DNA from: Candidatus Parcubacteria bacterium
GTDB lineage: Bacteria > Patescibacteriota > Minisyncoccia > UBA6257 > 2-01-FULL-56-20
Assembly: GCA_027324805.1 (NCBI GenBank)
Contig: DAHVRZ010000001.1
Coordinates: forward strand, 136,254-200,253
Direction of reading: 5' to 3'
Length of the DNA: 64,000 nucleotides
This document shows, one piece after another, positions 59,269-64,000 of the stretch. The notes below the pieces were generated by a model. The model searched no databases, was not told the origin of the DNA, and worked only from the letters and a program-made list of their open reading frames with translations. Each line of letters begins with the position of its first letter. Position 1 is the stretch's first letter. Position numbers and translations under genes: made by a program.

Positions 59269-59802
59269 ATGCTTATGGTATTTACCGGCAATGGGAAAGG
59301 GAAGACGACGGCTGCCATAGGCCAAGCCATCCGCGCCCTCGGGCAGGGGAAGCGCGTGTTCATGATCCAGTTCATCAAAGGCCTCGGATATCCAAGCGGG
59401 GAGGACGGCGTCCTTCCCGGTATGGTTTCTACCACGGGCGGAAAGCTCCATTTTGAGAAGGGAGGACGTGGTTTTGTCGGTATTCTCGGCGACAAGCTTC
59501 CTTTCGAGGAACACCGTGCTGCCGCATTGCAAACGCTTGGGAGGGCTGCCGTGGCCGCAGGATCGGGAGAATACGATCTTGTCATTCTCGACGAGGTGAA
59601 TGTTGCCCTCGATCTGAGACTTCTTACGCTTACCGAGGTCACCGATTTCCTTGATTCGATACCCTCATCCGTAGATGTTATTTTTACCGGGCGATATGCC
59701 CATTCCGAGGTGCTTTATCGCGCCGATCTTGCTACACGGTGCGACGAATTGTGTCATCCTTACCAACAGCGGGTCACCGCAAAGAAGGGTGTCGAATATT
59801 GA
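59269..59802 (+). CDS. cobA: ATP:cob(I)alamin adenosyltransferase, CobA/CobO/BtuR type.
   Basis: P-loop MVFTGNGKGKTTAAIGQAIRALGQGKRVFMIQFIKG, plus DLVILDE...FTGR. The longer reading frame from 59182 is an alternative start. Confidence 0.8.
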   Translation: MLMVFTGNGKGKTTAAIGQAIRALGQGKRVFMIQFIKGLGYPSGEDGVLPGMVSTTGGKLHFEKGGRGFVGILGDKLPFEEHRAAALQTLGRAAVAAGSGEYDLVILDEVNVALDLRLLTLTEVTDFLDSIPSSVDVIFTGRYAHSEVLYRADLATRCDELCHPYQQRVTAKKGVEY

Positions 59803-59811
59803 CCATCCAGA

Positions 59812-60912
59812 ATGTACGAGTATCTTTTGAGACCCATTTTGTTTCTTTTTGACCCGGAACGCGTACACGATTTTTTCGTCTGGTTCGGTGAAAGGCTTGG
59901 AAACTGCGCACCCGGACGCTCGATCGTGCGGATGTTTTGTTCCTATAACCACCCCTCGCTCCGCACCCGTGTTGCGGGGATCGATTTTGAAAATCCGGTC
60001 GGCCTTGGGGCGGGATTCGACAAGGATATGAGGCTTACGCGCATCATGCCGACTGTCGGGTTTGGTTTTATGGAAGTAGGCGCCGTCACCCGTTGGCTTT
60101 ATGCCGGGAACGACGGCCTGCGTCTTGCACGATTACCCGAGGATCGCTCACTTATTGTTTACTATGGCCTTAAGAATATCGGTGCCGAAGCGGTGCTTGC
60201 GAAGCTCCCCGAACTCCAAAAGAACGGGAAGTTCGATATTCCGATAGGGGTGAACATAGCGAAGACGAACCGTGCGGACATCAAAGGCGCCGCATCAATA
60301 GAGGATTATGCGGCCACATATCGAATGCTCTCCCCGCACTTTTCCTACATAACCCTCAATGTCTCATGTCCCAATGCTCAAGACGGATGCATGTTTCAGG
60401 AACCGCATATGCTGGACAGCCTTCTTGCCGTACTTGCACGGGAGCGGAAGCATTGCCCCGTGTTCCTCAAGATATCCAGTCATCTTTCAAAAGAGGAAAC
60501 CGATGCAATCCTCGACGTTGTCGGCAAGTATCCTTTTGTCGATGGTTTCGTGGTGGGAAACCTTTCAAAGAGGCGGGAGGACCTTCTTCTCCGTTCTTCG
60601 CGCGAGAAATTGGATGCTATTCCCAATGGGGGCATCTCCGGAGGTCCCATTCGTGAGATATCAACCAAACTTATAGAACATATTCATAAGCGGAGCGGCG
60701 GGCGGTATACCATCATCGGTCTTGGGGGCGTCTTTACCGCCGAGGATGCGTATAAAAAGATCCTCGCCGGCGCCTCGCTCGTCCAAATGGTCACCGGGCT
60801 TATTTACGGCGGTCCGATGGCGGTCAGGCGGATCAATAAAGGACTCGTGAAGCTCCTCGCGCGCGACGGTTATTCCCATGTTGCCGATGCGGTCGGGAAA
60901 GGTGCCCGCTGA
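59812..60912 (+). CDS. pyrD: Dihydroorotate dehydrogenase, class 2 (quinone-dependent).
   Basis: N-terminal membrane-association helix MYEYLLRPILFLFDPERVHDF. FMN-binding GFDKD and GLGGV regions. Confidence 0.9.
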   Translation: MYEYLLRPILFLFDPERVHDFFVWFGERLGNCAPGRSIVRMFCSYNHPSLRTRVAGIDFENPVGLGAGFDKDMRLTRIMPTVGFGFMEVGAVTRWLYAGNDGLRLARLPEDRSLIVYYGLKNIGAEAVLAKLPELQKNGKFDIPIGVNIAKTNRADIKGAASIEDYAATYRMLSPHFSYITLNVSCPNAQDGCMFQEPHMLDSLLAVLARERKHCPVFLKISSHLSKEETDAILDVVGKYPFVDGFVVGNLSKRREDLLLRSSREKLDAIPNGGISGGPIREISTKLIEHIHKRSGGRYTIIGLGGVFTAEDAYKKILAGASLVQMVTGLIYGGPMAVRRINKGLVKLLARDGYSHVADAVGKGAR

Positions 60913-60914
60913 TA

Positions 60915-61910
60915 TCACGCCTTCACTGTATTGATGGGCGCGCCTTTCGTGAACGCGATGATATTGCCGATCGTCGTGTCGAGAATGCGGAAATACGCCT
61001 CGGTGGTGTTGAATGCGTTATGGGGTGTCGCGATCACGTTCGGCATGGCGATTATGTCCGCACTGGCCGAAATGTCGCCGGCTTTCATTTGCGCCTCTTC
61101 TTCGAATACGTCGAGGCCCGCGCCGCCGAGTCGTCCGCTCTTGAGTGCCGTTGCGAGCGCTGCCGTCTCAACGATCGCCCCCCGCGCGGTATTCACGAGA
61201 TACGCACCCTGTTTGATATTGTTCACATTGCCGCTGTTTATGAGATGGTGCGTACCCGGAAGATAGGGTGCGTGGATGGTTATCACGTCGCTTTGTGCAA
61301 GGAGGTCGTTGAGTTCGAGGTAAGCGAAGCCCGTTTCTTTGGCGAAAGCGTCGTCGTGATAGACATCATAGGCGACGACGTTCATATCGAACCCTTTCGC
61401 TATTTTGATCGCATGCTTCCCGATGCGTCCGGTGCCGATCACGCCGAGCGTCTTGCCTTTAAGGTCGAAGCCGCACAGACCGTCGGTCACAAATCGATGT
61501 TCTATCTGTACCCGCGTGCTTGCTTCGCGTATTTTGCGCGAGAGGGCGAGGATGAGCGCAAAAGCGAACTCGGCGACGGTATTCTCTCCATACGCCGGGA
61601 CGGATGATACCGGTATCCCGCGAGCGGCGGCCGCAGCGAGATCGATATGATCGAATCCGGTGGACATTGTCGTCAGAAATTTCAGATTCGGCAGTCCTGC
61701 GATCGTTGCGGCATCGACGGGGGAGTCCATGAAGATCGCCGCAATATCAAAATCCCCATTCGACGGGATATGGTCCTTGTCGAGCGCGTTGTCCACGATC
61801 TCGATATCGACGCCCGCATCGCGGAGCGCGGCGCTTTGCGACACGTATCGTTTTCCTGCATCTCCCCATTTCTCAAAATTGAAAAATGCCGCCTTATGGT
61901 TTGTGCTCAT
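60915..61910 (-). CDS. D-isomer-specific 2-hydroxyacid dehydrogenase (D-lactate / phosphoglycerate dehydrogenase family).
   Basis: NAD-binding GVIGTGRIGKHAIKIAKGFDMNVVAYD, plus a catalytic His region. Confidence 0.85.
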   Translation of the reverse strand: MSTNHKAAFFNFEKWGDAGKRYVSQSAALRDAGVDIEIVDNALDKDHIPSNGDFDIAAIFMDSPVDAATIAGLPNLKFLTTMSTGFDHIDLAAAAARGIPVSSVPAYGENTVAEFAFALILALSRKIREASTRVQIEHRFVTDGLCGFDLKGKTLGVIGTGRIGKHAIKIAKGFDMNVVAYDVYHDDAFAKETGFAYLELNDLLAQSDVITIHAPYLPGTHHLINSGNVNNIKQGAYLVNTARGAIVETAALATALKSGRLGGAGLDVFEEEAQMKAGDISASADIIAMPNVIATPHNAFNTTEAYFRILDTTIGNIIAFTKGAPINTVKA

Positions 61911-61933
61911 ATTTTCATTATAGCAATTTTCTT

Positions 61934-62305
61934 TTATACGCCGTTCCCGCCATACATCCGTTTTTTTGCGGATGCGAGTTCGGCGATGATCTCGGGATTC
62001 GCTATTTTATGGAATCGCGGTACGGGTGGCGCTCCGTCCTTGCCCGGGACGTCGCCTATGAACATGGCGGCGGGGCGCAGAAACCACAGCCTACCCGCCT
62101 GATACGCCGCCGATTCTTCGTAAAGAGGTCGATAGATGACCATATACGCGTCCGGCTTGGACCAGTCGGCTTCGGTATCGCAGCCTACGCCGAATACCTC
62201 ATAGGCGTAATTATTGAGCGGTTTCGCCGGATCGTGTTTGTAGTGATAATAGAACCCCGGCTCCGGAAGCCCGTCCGGCGGGGTCATGGTCTCGTTCTTC
62301 GGCAT
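61934..62305 (-). CDS. DUF1653-like protein.
   Basis: Core GFYYHYKHDPAKPLNNYAYEVFGV matches the DUF1653 signature (YRHYKG...YEV). A start at MPKNETM is preferred over the track start. Confidence 0.5.
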   Translation of the reverse strand: MPKNETMTPPDGLPEPGFYYHYKHDPAKPLNNYAYEVFGVGCDTEADWSKPDAYMVIYRPLYEESAAYQAGRLWFLRPAAMFIGDVPGKDGAPPVPRFHKIANPEIIAELASAKKRMYGGNGV

Positions 62306-62329
62306 GCCTTCATTATATACTATGGATAT

Positions 62330-62887
62330 ATGCAGAAGCTGGTGCTTTTTATGATGGTGAGCACGGACGGTTATTTCGAAGGGCCGGACCACGATCTTTC
62401 ATGGCATAACGTCGATGGGGAGTTCAATGAGTTTGCCGATGCTCAGTTGCGCGAGTTCGGAGCGCTCCTTTTCGGACATAAGACATACGACTTTATGGCT
62501 GATTTCTGGCCGACGGCGAAAGGGCAGGAGACGCCCGGCACGGCACAGATCATGAATGCGATGCCAAAATTCGTCGCGGCACATGAACCTTTCGAGGCGA
62601 AGTGGTTGGGCACGACCATGATCGCGGGCCCGGACATCGCCACACCAATCGCCGCATTAAAAGAAGGATCCGGGAAAGGGATCCTTCTTTTAGGGAGCAA
62701 TATGCTTTGCGTGAGCCTGATGAATGCGCGGCTTGTTGACGAATTCCGGCTGATGATGAATCCTGTGGCGCTCGGTGCCGGTACATCGCTTTTCACAGGC
62801 CTATCAAAGCGCACGCCTTTGAAGCTCGAATCCGTGCAAAGGTTCAAGTCCGGGAATGTTCTTGAACGCTACCTTCCTGCGGCGTAA
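62330..62887 (+). CDS. Dihydrofolate reductase-family protein (RibD C-terminal domain type).
   Basis: MQKLVLFMMVSTDGYFEGPDHDLSWH...LLFGHKTYDFMADFWPTA...ILLLGSNMLCVSLMNARLVDEFRLMMNPVALGAG. The ATG at 62330 lies inside the spurious track ORF 61886..62887. Confidence 0.7.
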   Translation: MQKLVLFMMVSTDGYFEGPDHDLSWHNVDGEFNEFADAQLREFGALLFGHKTYDFMADFWPTAKGQETPGTAQIMNAMPKFVAAHEPFEAKWLGTTMIAGPDIATPIAALKEGSGKGILLLGSNMLCVSLMNARLVDEFRLMMNPVALGAGTSLFTGLSKRTPLKLESVQRFKSGNVLERYLPAA

Positions 62888-62906
62888 TTCCCCGAATATC
62901 CCGAGC

Positions 62907-64000
62907 TTACTTTTTCCGGCGGAGCTTTTCCTCTTCTTTCGCCACCGCGACCGTGGTGCGGACGACGGTGTCCGGGTTGAGCGACATGCTTTCGATTCCG
63001 AGAGTAACGAGGAATTGCGCGAAGTCGGGATAATCGGACGGGGCCTGGCCGCAGATGCCGATGTACTTCTTGCGCTTGAGGCACGCAGGGACGATCTCCG
63101 CGATGAGCTTCTTCACCGCTTCATTCTTCTCGTTCGCCACGTGGCTCACAATGCCGGAGTCCCGATCGAGTCCGAGCGTGAGCTGGGTGAGATCGTTCGA
63201 GCCGATGGACATGCCGTCGAAGACGTCGAGGAAGCTGTCGGCGAGGAGCACGTTCGCCGGAATCTCGCACATAACGTAGATCGGCGTTGTCGCTTTGGAT
63301 TTCTTTTTGCCGTGCCGGGACATGTAGTTCGTGATGAGTCCGGCCTCCGCCATAGCCTCCTGCGTCTTTATCCCTTCTTCGACGGTGCGGCAGAACGGGA
63401 CCATCGGGATCACATTCGTAAGGCCGAGCTCTTCGCGCACTTTCTTGATCGCCCGCGCCTCCATCATGAATGCCGGTTTGAACTTGGGGTCATAATACCG
63501 CGAGGCGCCGCGCCAGCCGATCATCGGATTCTCCTCGTGCGGTTCATATGCTTCGCCCCCGAGAAGCGTGCGGTATTCGTTGGATTTGAAATCGCTGAAG
63601 CGTACGATCACATGGTTCGGCCAGAACGCTGCGCCGATCTTCGCAATGCCGAACGCGAGATTGTCCACATAATATTGCTTGGGATCGGTCCAGCCGCGCA
63701 TCTTTTCCTCGATCGCTTTGCGGACGGCCGGTTTCAGATCCTTCATATTGAGAAGCGCGAGGGGATGGAGTCCCATCTTTGAAGCGATGATGAATTCCTC
63801 GCGCGCGAGGCCCACGCCCGACTGCGGCAGAAAGGAGTCGGCGAAGGCATTCTCCGGCACCGCCACATTCACCATGATCTTCGTCTTTGGCCGGGCGATC
63901 TTTTTAAGGTCGTGTTCGGTCACTTTGAACTTAAGCGCTCCTTTATAGAGCGATCCGGTGCTGCCCGTAGTGTCCACTGTCACGATATCGCCGGTCTTTA
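62907..64000 (-). CDS. ppsA: Phosphoenolpyruvate synthase / PEP-utilising enzyme, C-terminal TIM-barrel domain; N-terminus lies beyond the window end.
   Basis: GMSIGSNDLTQLTLGLDRDSGIV...YIGICGQAPSDYPDF. The reading frame stays open to the window end. Confidence 0.8.
   Translation of the reverse strand, partial: KTGDIVTVDTTGSTGSLYKGALKFKVTEHDLKKIARPKTKIMVNVAVPENAFADSFLPQSGVGLAREEFIIASKMGLHPLALLNMKDLKPAVRKAIEEKMRGWTDPKQYYVDNLAFGIAKIGAAFWPNHVIVRFSDFKSNEYRTLLGGEAYEPHEENPMIGWRGASRYYDPKFKPAFMMEARAIKKVREELGLTNVIPMVPFCRTVEEGIKTQEAMAEAGLITNYMSRHGKKKSKATTPIYVMCEIPANVLLADSFLDVFDGMSIGSNDLTQLTLGLDRDSGIVSHVANEKNEAVKKLIAEIVPACLKRKKYIGICGQAPSDYPDFAQFLVTLGIESMSLNPDTVVRTTVAVAKEEEKLRRKK

Noticed and set aside
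1-64000. CRISPR arrays or other regular short repeats.
   Set aside because: No spaced direct repeats of 25-40 bp were seen. The only repeats are coding microsatellite-like tracts (for example 16000-16045) and hairpin terminators.

Overview
High-GC bacterial chromosome segment carrying about 70 protein genes, 7 tRNAs and no rRNA, CRISPR array, integrase or transposase. Most coding calls were made from conserved motifs read directly in the supplied translations; the tRNAs, hairpins and palindromes were folded by eye. Coding content is mainly housekeeping and cell envelope: recA (partial), ftsK, phosphohexomutase, a cysteine desulfurase, htrA, clpB, hup (HU), an RluA-family pseudouridine synthase, pth, lepB, hisS, rpsU-yqeY-ybeY, ftsA-ftsZ, rmuC, uppP, ftsE-ftsX, an ECF sigma factor with a membrane partner, infB-rbfA, topA-dprA, class II (adenosylcobalamin) ribonucleotide reductase divergent from a CobA-type corrinoid adenosyltransferase, pyrD, a 2-hydroxyacid dehydrogenase, and ppsA (partial). 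Accessory-looking content: a type IV pilus module (pilin, PilB, PilC, pseudopilins, a PilM-PilN fusion), two large secreted proteins with peptidoglycan-binding domains (one 1130 aa with tandem beta-repeats, one with Fn3 repeats), a GH18 hydrolase, a 3D-domain protein and a CAP-domain protein. Many genes have a TATAAT-like -10 box 5-12 nt upstream of the start codon, so leaderless mRNAs look common, and strong hairpin terminators are frequent. The gene repertoire (short IF-2, T4P, dprA, few biosynthetic genes) is compatible with a small-genome bacterium such as Patescibacteria/CPR, but this cannot be confirmed from sequence alone. The most unusual non-coding features are a 117-nt tRNA-like cloverleaf between the anti-sigma-like gene and tRNA-Ser, a 21-bp hairpin in a long 5' leader of the giant surface-protein gene, paired GC palindromes upstream of nrdJ, and an inverted-repeat operator over the clpB promoter. 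Long antisense ORFs in the track are GC artefacts and were rejected.
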